A stretch of DNA of 62,316 nt, filler included, from an uncultured Gemmatimonadota bacterium (GTDB lineage: Bacteria; GCA-2686955): the NCBI GenBank assembly GCA_964490075.1. It is 3 parts of 3 records of this genome, joined end to end, with 100 filler letters (N's around TTAATTAATTAA, not from the genome) between each part and the next. Parts side by side here need not be neighbours in the genome. Positions count along the whole stretch, not along the records: positions 22,428 to 43,899 come from CAZBBK010000081.1; 2 more parts are not named here. The stretch is one strand, 5' to 3'. Under the pieces are notes generated by a model, which was given only the letters and a program-made list of their open reading frames with translations, was not told the DNA's origin and searched no databases. Both the position numbers and the translations under genes were made by a program. Shown here piece by piece: positions 29,422 to 39,318 of this stretch. Position 1 is the stretch's first letter, and each line of letters starts with the position of its first letter.

Positions 29422-32199
29422 ATGATCCGCACTCTGGCCCTCGCCGCCTCGGGCCTGCTCGCCGCGCCCGTTCTCGCTTCCATCACTCGCCCGCCCGACC
29501 TGAGCACGATTTCGCAGGACGAGCTCTTTGACAACGCGGCCGTGCACGAGATCGAGATCCTCTTCGACGACGACGATTGGTTCCAGACCCTCAGCGACAA
29601 CTATGCGTCCGGAACCTACGCCCCCGGCACCTTCTCGATCGATGGCGAGGTCATCGATTCGGTGGGCGTGCGCTTCAAGGGGCATTCCTCCTACGGCCAT
29701 CCCGGCATCAAGAAGCCCTTTCGCATCAAGTTCGGCGAGTATCGTCCTGAGCAGACACTTTCCGGTCTGCCCTCGATCATGCTCAACAACGGCTTCAAGG
29801 ACCCCACCCTGATCCGCGAGGCGATCAGCTATGAGCTGCTGCGCGAGGTCGGAGTCGGATCGAGAACCGGCTTCGCCAACCTGAGCGTCAACGGCGATCC
29901 GGTCGGGTTCTACACCCTGGTCGAGACCTTGAACGGCACCTGGGCCGAGAACCACTTCGACCTCTCGGAGGACGGCAATCTCTGGGAGGGAGAGTTCCGC
30001 GCCGACTTCACCTGGTTGGGATCCGAGCAGAGCGCCTACGAAGAACGTTATGTGCTCGAAACCAACGAAGCCGAGAACGACTACACCGACCTGATCGCGC
30101 TGATCGACCGGCTCAACCACGCGCCGATCGCCGATCTTCCCGATTCGATCGCCGCGCGCTTCGACGTCGACACCTGGCTGCGCCACCACGCCGTGCAGAT
30201 CACCCTGGTGAGCCTCGATTCCTACGAAGGCTCGGGGCACAATTACTATGTCTACCGGCGCGACGACCAAGAGCGGATCGTCCACATCCCCTGGGACGAG
30301 AACATGGCCTTCGGCTCGTTCACGCGCCGCATTGCTCCCCCGCCCGGCGGTTTTCCTTACATGAGCGCGCTGTGGGAGAACGCCGAGGAGCGGCCCCTGG
30401 TGGAGCGGATCCTCGACGTCGACCTCTACCGCGAAATCTATCTGCGACACATGCGCGATCTGCTCGCCACCCGCTGGACCCAGGAGGAGATGGACGCGCG
30501 CATCGATCGCATCGCCGACGTGGTGCGCCTCCACGTCTACGCCGACCACAACAAACAGTATCCCGCCTCGTGGTTCGAGCAGGGGTTGGTCGACGACGTC
30601 GGCTTCGGCCAGGATCGTTACTATGGCCTGAAGTCCTTCGTGACGCGGCGGATCGAGGCCTTGGCACCGGAGATCGACGCGCTCCTGGAGGAGCAAGATC
30701 TCTTCCTCAACGAGCTGATGGCCGACAACGAGACCACAGTGAGCGACGAATTCGGCGAATACGACGACTACCTGGAGATCTACAACTCGACCGGATCGCC
30801 CGTCTCTCTCGAAGGTTGCGGCCTGACCGATCGACACACCGATCCCTGGCGTTGGGTGCTGCCCGCCGCGGCGGCGGTGCCGGCCCAGGGGCGGATCGTG
30901 CTGTGGCTGGACTCCTCGCCCGAGCAGGGCGATCTGCATGCACCATTCGCGCTCGACGACGTCGGCGAAGAGCTCTCGCTCTTCGATCCTCAGGGAGAGC
31001 TGATCGACTTCCTGGCCTTCGATCGACAGGCGGCCGACGCCGCCTGGGGGCGCCTGACCGACGGCAGCAGCTGGATCGGAACGATTCCCGCGACTCCGGA
31101 TCAACCCAATAGCGACGCTTTTCCGCCGGTGGTGGAACGGGTGACGCTGGACCGCCAGTTCCCGGCTCCCGGGCGCGAAGTTGTCGCGACCGCCGCGGTC
31201 ACCGAGACCACGGCGCCGCTCGCGGAGGTCGAGCTGGTCTACGACGACGGCTCCGGACCGACGAATCTGCCGATGGTCGCCGCCGGCGAGGAGTGGCAAG
31301 CGATCATTCCCGGGCAACCGATCGGCACCGAGATCGCCTACTACGTGCGCGCCGAGGACCGGGAGGGGCGCGAAGCGCTGCTGCCCGCCGGAGCGCCCGG
31401 GGCGGCCTTCCACGCCTACTGGTTCGTCGGCGCTTCGGCGCTTCGCATCAACGAGCTGATGGCCGACAACGCCACCACTCTGGCCGACGACCAGGGCGAG
31501 TTCGACGACTGGATCGAGCTGGCGAATCTGAGCGCGGTCGACATCGATCTGCATGGCTACACTTTGACCGACGATCTGGCGAGCCCCACGCGCTGGATCT
31601 TCCCCGCGGGGACCACGATCGAAGCCGGTGGCTACCTTTTGGTCTGGGCCGACGACGACGAGGGGGACGCCGGGCTGCACGCCTCGTTCAAGCTGAGCAA
31701 GGACGGCGAGCAGGTGGGGCTCTTCGGACCCGGCGGGGCGAGTGTGCTGGACACCCTCTCCTTCGCCGCCCAGAGCACCGATCTGTCGCAGACTCGAGGT
31801 CCGGACGGGCTCGGGGACTGGAGCGCGCCCTCGCCGCCGAGCCCCGAGAGCCACAACGGCGAGGGGGGACTGGTGGCGGTCGCCGCCGCCGATCTGGCGG
31901 AGGTGGTGGTGCCGGCCGAGGGTGGATCGTTCCGCCTACAGGCCTCGGTCTTCAACCGCTCCGCGGTCTCCGAGGCGGCCGAGGGTTGGACCGCGGCGCG
32001 CTCCGGTGGCTGGAGCATGGAGCCGCTGCTCGGCCCGCAGCCCTTCGCGGTGGCGCCGCTCGACTTCGCCACGGCGGAGCTGGTGCAGCAGGTGCCGGGC
32101 GCCACACCGGCGGGCACGGCTCTCTACGAGCTGCGTCTCGGCGAATGGGGCGGTGCGGTGGAGTCGGAGGACGACTTTTCGGTGACCAAGTCGGAGTGA
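29422..32199 (+). CDS. Secreted CotH kinase family protein with two lamin-tail domains
   Basis: Signal peptide; VGVRFKGHSS, KKPFRIKF, DPTLIRE, HNYYVY, IPWDENMAFG; two (F/I)NELMADN..GE(Y/F)DD(Y/W)(L/I)E lamin-tail repeats. Confidence 0.92.
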   Translation: MIRTLALAASGLLAAPVLASITRPPDLSTISQDELFDNAAVHEIEILFDDDDWFQTLSDNYASGTYAPGTFSIDGEVIDSVGVRFKGHSSYGHPGIKKPFRIKFGEYRPEQTLSGLPSIMLNNGFKDPTLIREAISYELLREVGVGSRTGFANLSVNGDPVGFYTLVETLNGTWAENHFDLSEDGNLWEGEFRADFTWLGSEQSAYEERYVLETNEAENDYTDLIALIDRLNHAPIADLPDSIAARFDVDTWLRHHAVQITLVSLDSYEGSGHNYYVYRRDDQERIVHIPWDENMAFGSFTRRIAPPPGGFPYMSALWENAEERPLVERILDVDLYREIYLRHMRDLLATRWTQEEMDARIDRIADVVRLHVYADHNKQYPASWFEQGLVDDVGFGQDRYYGLKSFVTRRIEALAPEIDALLEEQDLFLNELMADNETTVSDEFGEYDDYLEIYNSTGSPVSLEGCGLTDRHTDPWRWVLPAAAAVPAQGRIVLWLDSSPEQGDLHAPFALDDVGEELSLFDPQGELIDFLAFDRQAADAAWGRLTDGSSWIGTIPATPDQPNSDAFPPVVERVTLDRQFPAPGREVVATAAVTETTAPLAEVELVYDDGSGPTNLPMVAAGEEWQAIIPGQPIGTEIAYYVRAEDREGREALLPAGAPGAAFHAYWFVGASALRINELMADNATTLADDQGEFDDWIELANLSAVDIDLHGYTLTDDLASPTRWIFPAGTTIEAGGYLLVWADDDEGDAGLHASFKLSKDGEQVGLFGPGGASVLDTLSFAAQSTDLSQTRGPDGLGDWSAPSPPSPESHNGEGGLVAVAAADLAEVVVPAEGGSFRLQASVFNRSAVSEAAEGWTAARSGGWSMEPLLGPQPFAVAPLDFATAELVQQVPGATPAGTALYELRLGEWGGAVESEDDFSVTKSE

Positions 32200-32261
32200 G
32201 AGGGCGCCGGCGGTTCTAATGCGGGTGCATCAAACTGGATTGTGGTCCACCCGGGGGACCC

Positions 32262-33092
32262 ATGATCTCCGTCCGCGCCGACCCCCTGACCCTCCTTGCC
32301 ACCCTCGCCCTCTCGGCCCATCCCGCGCATGCCGGCCCGAACGAGCATCCGAACCCCCCGCGGATCGCCGCGATGATGAACAACGACAATTCGATCCCCT
32401 ACTATCCAGCCGCCTACGACGAGACCATCGCGATCGGCTCCACCGATCGCTACGACGAACGCTCCAGCTTTTCCAGCTACGGTGACCACATCGATCTCTG
32501 CGCTCCCGGGAGCTACATCTGGAGCACGCTCTGGAACGATACCTACGCGGCCTGGGACGGCACCTCGATGGCGACGCCGCACGGTTCGGGAACGGTCGCA
32601 TTGCTGCTGGCGCGCGAACCCTGGCTCGATGTCGAGCTGCTGCGGGCCCGCCTGCGCGACACCGCCGAGGACCAGGTGGGCAGGCCCGGTGAAGACACAC
32701 CGGGTTGGGACCGCTACCACGGAGCGGGTCGGCTGAACGCCCACGCCGCGCTGGCGGCCGGCGACGCTTGCGCCCTGGCGCTGACCATCCTCGACAGCCC
32801 GGCGAGCGTGGCGCCCGGAGAGGACCTGGTGATTCTGGGCGAGCTTCGCAACGATTGCGACGATCCGCGAGAATTCGACTTGGTGCTGCTCGACGCCACC
32901 GGGCCGGCGACCACCAGCAACACTCTGTACGAGGGAGCGGCGCGGCCGATCGCCGCCGGGACGGCGCTGCGGCGCGAGGTAGTGCTGCGGGTGCCTCTGG
33001 GAGCGCCGCTAGGCGAATACGACCTGAGCCTGAGCGCGTCGCTGCGCGGCATCGATCTCGCCAGCGCGTCGTTCCCGGTGCGGGTCGAGTAG
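32262..33092 (+). pseudogene. Internally deleted S8 peptidase: signal peptide, C-terminal half of the catalytic domain, and C-terminal Ig-like domain
   Basis: Contains YPAAY, SSFSSYG, APGSYIWST and GTSMATPH but lacks the Asp (DTG) and His (HGTH) motifs. The ORF is intact, so it could still be translated. Confidence 0.65.
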
Positions 33093-33094
33093 CC

Positions 33095-34990
33095 TCAGAT
33101 CGGCAGCCGCAGCTCAAAGGCCGCGCCCTCGCCGTCGACACTGTCGAGCAACAGATCGCCGCCGAGATCGCGCGCCAGATCGCGGCTCAGCGCCAGCCCC
33201 AGTCCCAGGCCCGGCTTGTCCTCGGTGCCGGCCGCGCCGCGCTCGAAAGGCTCGAAGATCGATCGCCTCTCCTCGGTGCCGATGCCGGGCCCGTGATCCT
33301 CGACGCGGATGCGAAGCGTCGCGGCGACGATCCGCGCGCGCAGCTCGATCGGCCCCTGGCGCGAGCCGTACTTGCAGGCGTTGTCGACCAGGTTGCCGAG
33401 GATCTGCTCGGCCGCGTCCAGATCGGTCTCGAGCGCGGCGTCGCCCGAGGGGATGGGATGCACGCGCAACTCGGCGCCGGCCTCCGCCGCGCGCCGCTCC
33501 AGGCGCGTTCCGAGCCGCGCGACCAGCTCCCCGGCACCGATCGACACCAGGTCGCGGACCCGGCGCCCCTCCTCCAGGCGGGCATAGGCCAGCACGTTCT
33601 CGACCAGGCGCGCCAGCCGGGTCGACTCCTCCTTGAGTGTGCGCAAGTAGGAGCGTCGCTGGTCGGCGGCGGTGACCATCTCGTCGGCCAGCATCTCGGT
33701 GTAGAGCTGGAAGGTGGTGAGCGGCGTGCGCAGCTCGTGCGTCACGGCCGATGCGAAGCGGCTTCTCTTTCGTCCGAACGCGATCGCGGCCCGCATCGCC
33801 AGGGCGATCGCCAGCACGCCGGCCGGCACCACCAGCCAGGCCAGGACCAGGGTGAGCCGCACCGGGCCGAGCGGCGGCGGTGCCGGGAGGGCGGGAAGCT
33901 CCGCCTCCAGCGCGGCCGGCAGCGTCGCCAGCAGCGCGGCGCCGGAAGAGCCGCCCTCGGGCAGCGGGCGCAGGGTGGCGCGGGGGAAAAGATCGGAGAT
34001 TTCGGCGACCAGTGCGCCGCGCAGGGCCTTCCAGTCACAAAGAAAGCCCTGGTAGAAGGTCTCCTGGCCCACGCGCACCGAGCGCGCGAAGATCAACAGC
34101 CCTTCATCCGGCGCGCGATCGGCGCCGATCCAACGCGGCGCGAAGGAGCCGATCTCGAGCCGCTCGACGGTCTTTGGCTCCGGGGCCGCCGCCGCGGTGA
34201 TGTCTAGCTCCACCGGCGCGCTCCCGGCCGACTCCGTGATTCCGACCCTCAGAGTTGGCGCCGGAGGGTCTGGAGCCGCGCGCGCGGCCACCTCGAGATT
34301 CTCGTCGTAGGTCCGCTTGCGCTGCGCCCACTCGCGCTTGGATCGAGCCCGCTGCAGCTTGCTCCGAGGCGCCGCGGCGCGCTCCTCCTCCGCCTCCCCC
34401 CACTCGTCATCGGAAGCCGCCAGCGACACGAATGACGCGCGTCCGCCGGCCCCGAAAGGGGGCTCGCGGGCGCCCTCGGGCGGCCCCAGATCGGCCGCCG
34501 AGAGACGCCCGCGCAGCAGCTCCAGGGTCTCGGCGCGCTGCGCCAGCCGCGACTCCTCCAGCCACCCGGCGCCGGCCAGCTCGCGCTGCCAACCCTCCGG
34601 CACCTGGGGCGAGCTGAGCCGGCCGTCGGGCCCCATCATGAAATGCAGCCGGAAGAGCTCCGAATCGAGCTCCAGCAGAGGCGAGGGCGTGAGGGGCTCG
34701 CCGGGCAGCGGCTCCTGCAGCAGCCGGCCGTAGCTGCGCGACCGCGAGTAGAACGCGGAGTAGCTGAAGTAGGGACGGGCCGCCTCGGCCGCCAGGTGCG
34801 GCGCCATCCAGGAGTCGATGCGCCACAGCGCCAGCCGCAGCGCCTCGTGGTGGGTCGCCTCGGCGCGCGCCTCCCACTCGGCGCGCTCCAGCCCGATCGC
34901 CAGGACCGTCATTCCCCCCAGCGTCGCCAGCAGCAGCGCCGACCCGAGTCCGCAGGCGCCCCACCACCAGCGCTTCGAGAAGCGGCTCAA
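33095..34990 (-). CDS. Membrane sensor histidine kinase
   Basis: Two TM segments; THELRTPLT, NLVDNACKY, DHGPGI, GLGLGL. The TTG start overlaps the regulator stop (TTGA). Confidence 0.92.
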   Translation of the reverse strand: MSRFSKRWWWGACGLGSALLLATLGGMTVLAIGLERAEWEARAEATHHEALRLALWRIDSWMAPHLAAEAARPYFSYSAFYSRSRSYGRLLQEPLPGEPLTPSPLLELDSELFRLHFMMGPDGRLSSPQVPEGWQRELAGAGWLEESRLAQRAETLELLRGRLSAADLGPPEGAREPPFGAGGRASFVSLAASDDEWGEAEEERAAAPRSKLQRARSKREWAQRKRTYDENLEVAARAAPDPPAPTLRVGITESAGSAPVELDITAAAAPEPKTVERLEIGSFAPRWIGADRAPDEGLLIFARSVRVGQETFYQGFLCDWKALRGALVAEISDLFPRATLRPLPEGGSSGAALLATLPAALEAELPALPAPPPLGPVRLTLVLAWLVVPAGVLAIALAMRAAIAFGRKRSRFASAVTHELRTPLTTFQLYTEMLADEMVTAADQRRSYLRTLKEESTRLARLVENVLAYARLEEGRRVRDLVSIGAGELVARLGTRLERRAAEAGAELRVHPIPSGDAALETDLDAAEQILGNLVDNACKYGSRQGPIELRARIVAATLRIRVEDHGPGIGTEERRSIFEPFERGAAGTEDKPGLGLGLALSRDLARDLGGDLLLDSVDGEGAAFELRLPI

Positions 34991-35694
34991 GAGGCACCGA
35001 CCGCCACCGACTCGCCCAGCCGGTAGCCCTTGCCGCGCACCGTGATAATCCACCGGTGCTCGCTCTCGTCCGCCTCGATCTTGTCGCGCAGGCGGGCGAT
35101 GTGCATGTCGACCGTGCGGGTCTGGATCCCCTGCGGGCTCATCCCCCAGATCCGGCGCAGGAGCTCCGGTCGATCGACGGTGCGCGGTGCCATGGCGCCC
35201 AGGTAGCGCAGGATCGCCGTCTCGGTCTCGGTCAGGGCGAGAGGGTCGCGACCATCTCGAAGCACCAGCCGCTCCTCGAGATCGATCCTGCAGCCGGGCA
35301 GCGACAGCATCCGCACTCCCGGCGATCGTTCCGGAGCGCGCCGCAGCACCGCCTCGACCCGCGCCAAGAGCTCGCGGGCGCTGAAGGGTTTGACGACATA
35401 ATCATCGGCCCCGCCGCGCAGCCCGCGCACCCGGTCGTCTTCGGCGCCGCGCGCGGTCACCATGATCACCGGCAGCGACGCGTCGTCGCGGCGCGCCGCC
35501 TCCAGCACCGCGAAACCGTCGCTGCCGGGCAGCATGACGTCGAGCAGCATCAGATCGAGCGGCAGCTCGCGCAGCAGCCTCATCGCCTCGTCGCCGCTGC
35601 CGCAGGCGCGCACCTCGTGGCCCGCGAAGCGCAGGGCATCGACCAGGCCGCGCCGGATCGGCGCATCGTCTTCGACCACGAGAATCAGCGGCAT
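34987..35694 (-). CDS. OmpR/PhoB family response regulator
   Basis: ILVVEDD, LLDVMLP, GADDYVVKPF, TRTVDMHIARLRDKIE, ITVRGKGYR. Confidence 0.95.
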   Translation of the reverse strand: MPLILVVEDDAPIRRGLVDALRFAGHEVRACGSGDEAMRLLRELPLDLMLLDVMLPGSDGFAVLEAARRDDASLPVIMVTARGAEDDRVRGLRGGADDYVVKPFSARELLARVEAVLRRAPERSPGVRMLSLPGCRIDLEERLVLRDGRDPLALTETETAILRYLGAMAPRTVDRPELLRRIWGMSPQGIQTRTVDMHIARLRDKIEADESEHRWIITVRGKGYRLGESVAVGAS

Positions 35695-35725
35695 GGGGTT
35701 CTCCTGCGACCGAGATCCTACCCAA

Positions 35726-36868
35726 TCACTGCGTACGATAGTGCAGTCCCTTGCGCTGCGCCTGCTCGCGCACCGCCGCACGCAGCGCCGCGTCGAAGGA
35801 CTGCGACTCATCGAGTCCCTGCTTGGCGATCTCCTGCTCGATATGGGCCGCGCGGGCGGCGTCGAGCTCCTGGATCTCGGCCTGGAGCCACTCGCGCTTG
35901 GCTTTCATCGCCGCCACGTGCTGCGTGCGTTCGGCCGTGCTCATCGCCCGCATCTCTTCCGGAAGCGCCGCCTCCTCCACCTCCTCCAGCGCCCCCTCGA
36001 CGCGTTCCTCCATCTCCACCAGGTCCCAGGTCGGCGCATAGATCGCTTTCGATTTGGTCACCGCCCGCGCCGCCTTCACCGCCGGCCCGAAGCGTGCGGC
36101 GTTGTCATCTTGCTCGCGCTGCACCGCCGCCCCGGCCGCTCCGGCGCTGCCCAGAGGGATGTAGGTGGCGTTGAGCTCCTCGCTCAGGCGCCCGAGGCGA
36201 TCGTCGAAGGGGGTCGCGATCACCACCGTGCCGTCGTCCTGGTCGATGGTCGCGAACTGCCCGTCGGCGTTGCGCGCCACCTCCCGCCAGCCGCCGGCCT
36301 CGGAATCGCTCGATGCCCCGCAATAAATCGAATGCACCACGATTTCACGCCCGACCAGGTCGCGACACACGCCGCGAAAAGAAACCTCTTGATCCTGATC
36401 CGCCGACTCGTTGCCCGCCACCACCACCATCTTGAGGGCGCCGGACGAGCGACTCCAATCGAGTTCCGACGCGCTTTCCAGAACCCGACCGACGTACTCG
36501 GTGCCGCCGTCGGTGCTGAGCGCGAAGAGCCGCTCCGAGACCAGATCCAGATCGCCCGTGAAGGGTGTCTCGATCCGCACCCAGCCATTCTCGGGCCGGT
36601 GTCCGTCGTTGCCGAAACTGAGCAGGGCAACACGAAGCTCGGGGGCGGGATCGATCAGCGCCAGGTCGTTGACCACCGCCCAGAGCTTCTGGCGCGCGGA
36701 GTCGATCAGGCCCGACATACTGCCGCTGGTGTCGAGGCAGAGGGCGAGCTGGACCTCCGGGGGCGGGTTGGTCGTGGCAGTTTCGGCGATGGAAGGTGGG
36801 CAGCAGACCAGGGCTATCACCAGGGCACGACGCAGCAGAGTCAGAGGGTGGTTGTTCATCGATATCAT
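35726..36868 (-). CDS. Secreted von Willebrand factor A domain protein
   Basis: Signal peptide; MIDAS LDTSGSM; GGTE; AGNE; C-terminal coiled coil. Confidence 0.9.
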   Translation of the reverse strand: MISMNNHPLTLLRRALVIALVCCPPSIAETATTNPPPEVQLALCLDTSGSMSGLIDSARQKLWAVVNDLALIDPAPELRVALLSFGNDGHRPENGWVRIETPFTGDLDLVSERLFALSTDGGTEYVGRVLESASELDWSRSSGALKMVVVAGNESADQDQEVSFRGVCRDLVGREIVVHSIYCGASSDSEAGGWREVARNADGQFATIDQDDGTVVIATPFDDRLGRLSEELNATYIPLGSAGAAGAAVQREQDDNAARFGPAVKAARAVTKSKAIYAPTWDLVEMEERVEGALEEVEEAALPEEMRAMSTAERTQHVAAMKAKREWLQAEIQELDAARAAHIEQEIAKQGLDESQSFDAALRAAVREQAQRKGLHYRTQ

Positions 36869-36883
36869 GACAGAGTCCTTTCG

Positions 36884-39160
36884 CTATTGATTCTTGACGA
36901 GAACGAGCTCGCCCTCGATGTCGAGAAGTGTGTCTCCAGGAAGTGAGAGCAGGCCCTGGCGCCCCTCTTTGGCGAGACGATGGGCCAGCGCCGAATGCTC
37001 GGGCGTACCGATGCTCAGCACGCGCCGCGCCTTCGGAAGCCGGGGGAGCTCCAGGAGCTTCGACTCGACCCAGCGCCCGGAGCGCCGGAAGAAGGCGCGA
37101 TCGGCGACCTGTCGCACCCCGCCGGGATCGACCTTGCGCAGCTCGTCGTCGAGGTACTGGTTGCGGTAGTTGAGCTTGGTGCGTTTCTTCTCGGTCCGCA
37201 GATTGAACGACTGGGCAAGCGCCGCGGGACCGCTGCGTTCGGCCATCGCTCGTCCCGCCAGGAGTGTGGCGCTCTCCTCGAGCAGCTGCTCGCGATCGGC
37301 GAGATCGGTGCCTTCGGTGGCGAGAAAGGCGGTGTACTCGGAGAGGATCCCGAACTCGGTGGAGAGACCGACGATCTCGGCGACCAGCTCCTTGTAGGGA
37401 GACCGGTCGAGCAGCGTGGCGATCTCGGTGTGCTCTCGATCGGCGCCGGCGTGGCGGATCTCGTCCTCCAGAGCGGCGATTCTGCGCGCGGCCCACAGGC
37501 GCGGCACGAAGGCGTTGCGTGTGGTTGCGCCGCGAGGATCGATGCGCAGGCAAAAGAGATGCTCGTCGCCGCCATGGTCCCCGGCGATATCGACATCGAA
37601 GGCTTCGTTGCCGAGATAGCGACCGAGCAGAATCAGCTGGTCTCCTTGGTAGAGATCCGGCAGCCGTGCCGGCATCAGGTCCGCCACCGGGGCGGCATTG
37701 CGCCGCCGGGGGCCCGCGGACGGGGTGTCGAGCCGCAGATCGACCAGGACCGGGCCCTGCAACCGTCGGAACGCTTCGTCGAGCGCCTGCTCCAGGTCGG
37801 CGCCCGGGGCCGAAAACGTCGCCGCCCCGCGGCTCGATTCCGCGATTCGATCGAGCAGGGGCACATTGACGTCGGCGCCGACGCCGAAGGTGTAGATCCT
37901 CCGGCCGTGGCGATTCCCCTTGGTTGCGAGCTCGCGAATCGTGGTCTCCGCGGTGCGGCCCACGGTCGGTCGTCCGTCGGTGAGAAAGAGCACGATCGGC
38001 AGCAGCCCCCGCTCGGGCCGGGGCAGCATCGCTTCCACCAGGGCGTCGTGAATGTTGGTGCCGCCGTGCGGCAGGAGCTGCTCCAGGTAGCGACGGGCGC
38101 GCGCGCGGTTGTTGGCGGATGCGGCCAGCGCTTCGGGTGCGAAGCGCTCGGCCTGATTGGAGTAGGCGACGATGTTGAAGCGCTCCCCCGGATCCAAGTC
38201 GGCGATCACGCGCAGCGCCGCGGTCTTGGCCTGGCGCAAAGCGTCGCCGGTCATGCTGCCGGAGCAGTCGAGCACCAGGGTGATCTCGCGCTGCAGCGCC
38301 TGGACCGACAACGAATGATCCAGACCGGCGATCAGCAGGAAGTAGCCGCCGCCCGACGAGGGATCGGGATAGGTGAAGACCGATGCGACGATGCCTTCGT
38401 CTTCGCCATCTCCGCCGTGCAAGTAAGAGAGGCGGAAGGGACCCGGGTCGTTGCGGCTCTGCGGCGCGACCGACACTTCGACCGCGCCATTCCGATCGCT
38501 CCGAGTCCGCAACTCGTGAGTCGGCGAGTAGATCCCCGCGATCTCGTGTTGCGATTGGATGCGCACCTGAATGCGCCACGGCGCGCCCTGCGCGAACGAT
38601 TCGCCGCGCGGCAGCAGGTAGTCGACGCGGCTGCCGTCGCCTGCGCTCAAGATCTGCTCGTAGTCGAGGCGGATGCACTGTTTGCCCTGGGCCGGCACCG
38701 GGAACACGCTGGACCGAACCAGGTTGTAGCCGGCGAACTCGAGCAGTGCCGGGTCGCGGATCTCGGCGACGATGGAGTCGTAGATGCGTCGGGCCTCGGC
38801 GGCCGGCAGGATCTTGGCGGTGGACTCGGCCGAGCCGCCGTCGAATCCAAAGGCACCCACCACCGCGCCCTGGGGCACCGGCAGCAGCAGAACTCCCTCC
38901 TCGAGACGAGGCGAGCGGTTCAACAGGTGGATCTCGAGGTGGGTGGTGGCGACGCGCTCGTCGATCGAGACATTGGCTTCCACGCGCTCGATGCGAATGC
39001 CCGGCCGGCGCTGCTCGATGTCGAAGACGCGCGCCTGGGGCAGGACGATGTGGCGTGCGCCGACGAGATGCCGCGGCAGCTCGGCGTGCTGAGAGAGGGC
39101 GGGGGGCGCGGCCAGGATCGTCCAGGCCAGCGTCAGGCGGAGAAGTGATTCGGTGCGCAT
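36884..39160 (-). CDS. Secreted VIT plus vWA domain protein (inter-alpha-trypsin inhibitor-like)
   Basis: Signal peptide; VIT region (ARRIYDSIV..RDPALLE); MIDAS LDCSGSM; GGTNIHDAL; FLTDGRPT; RLWAARRI; ILSEYTAFLA. Confidence 0.92.
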   Translation of the reverse strand: MRTESLLRLTLAWTILAAPPALSQHAELPRHLVGARHIVLPQARVFDIEQRRPGIRIERVEANVSIDERVATTHLEIHLLNRSPRLEEGVLLLPVPQGAVVGAFGFDGGSAESTAKILPAAEARRIYDSIVAEIRDPALLEFAGYNLVRSSVFPVPAQGKQCIRLDYEQILSAGDGSRVDYLLPRGESFAQGAPWRIQVRIQSQHEIAGIYSPTHELRTRSDRNGAVEVSVAPQSRNDPGPFRLSYLHGGDGEDEGIVASVFTYPDPSSGGGYFLLIAGLDHSLSVQALQREITLVLDCSGSMTGDALRQAKTAALRVIADLDPGERFNIVAYSNQAERFAPEALAASANNRARARRYLEQLLPHGGTNIHDALVEAMLPRPERGLLPIVLFLTDGRPTVGRTAETTIRELATKGNRHGRRIYTFGVGADVNVPLLDRIAESSRGAATFSAPGADLEQALDEAFRRLQGPVLVDLRLDTPSAGPRRRNAAPVADLMPARLPDLYQGDQLILLGRYLGNEAFDVDIAGDHGGDEHLFCLRIDPRGATTRNAFVPRLWAARRIAALEDEIRHAGADREHTEIATLLDRSPYKELVAEIVGLSTEFGILSEYTAFLATEGTDLADREQLLEESATLLAGRAMAERSGPAALAQSFNLRTEKKRTKLNYRNQYLDDELRKVDPGGVRQVADRAFFRRSGRWVESKLLELPRLPKARRVLSIGTPEHSALAHRLAKEGRQGLLSLPGDTLLDIEGELVLVKNQ

Positions 39161-39232
39161 TTGAGGCAGCTCCTTTCGCTCGACGAGCGGGTGTTGCTGC
39201 CCTTAGTTACGCACCGATGGACGAAAGCGTTG

Positions 39233-39277
39233 GTAACAGCTTTGTCACATGGCCGCGAATGTCACTTCTGCGTCACA
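39233..39277. promoter_or_regulatory. Candidate OmpR/PhoB-type binding sites (two pairs of direct repeats spaced 11 bp)
   Basis: GTAAC at 39233 with GTCAC at 39244, and GTCAC at 39261 with GTCAC at 39272, upstream of the operon encoding an OmpR-family regulator. Confidence 0.5.
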
Positions 39278-39318
39278 TCCGGGAGTGATGGCGATCGGCG
39301 CACGGTTGTTGCCCGGGC

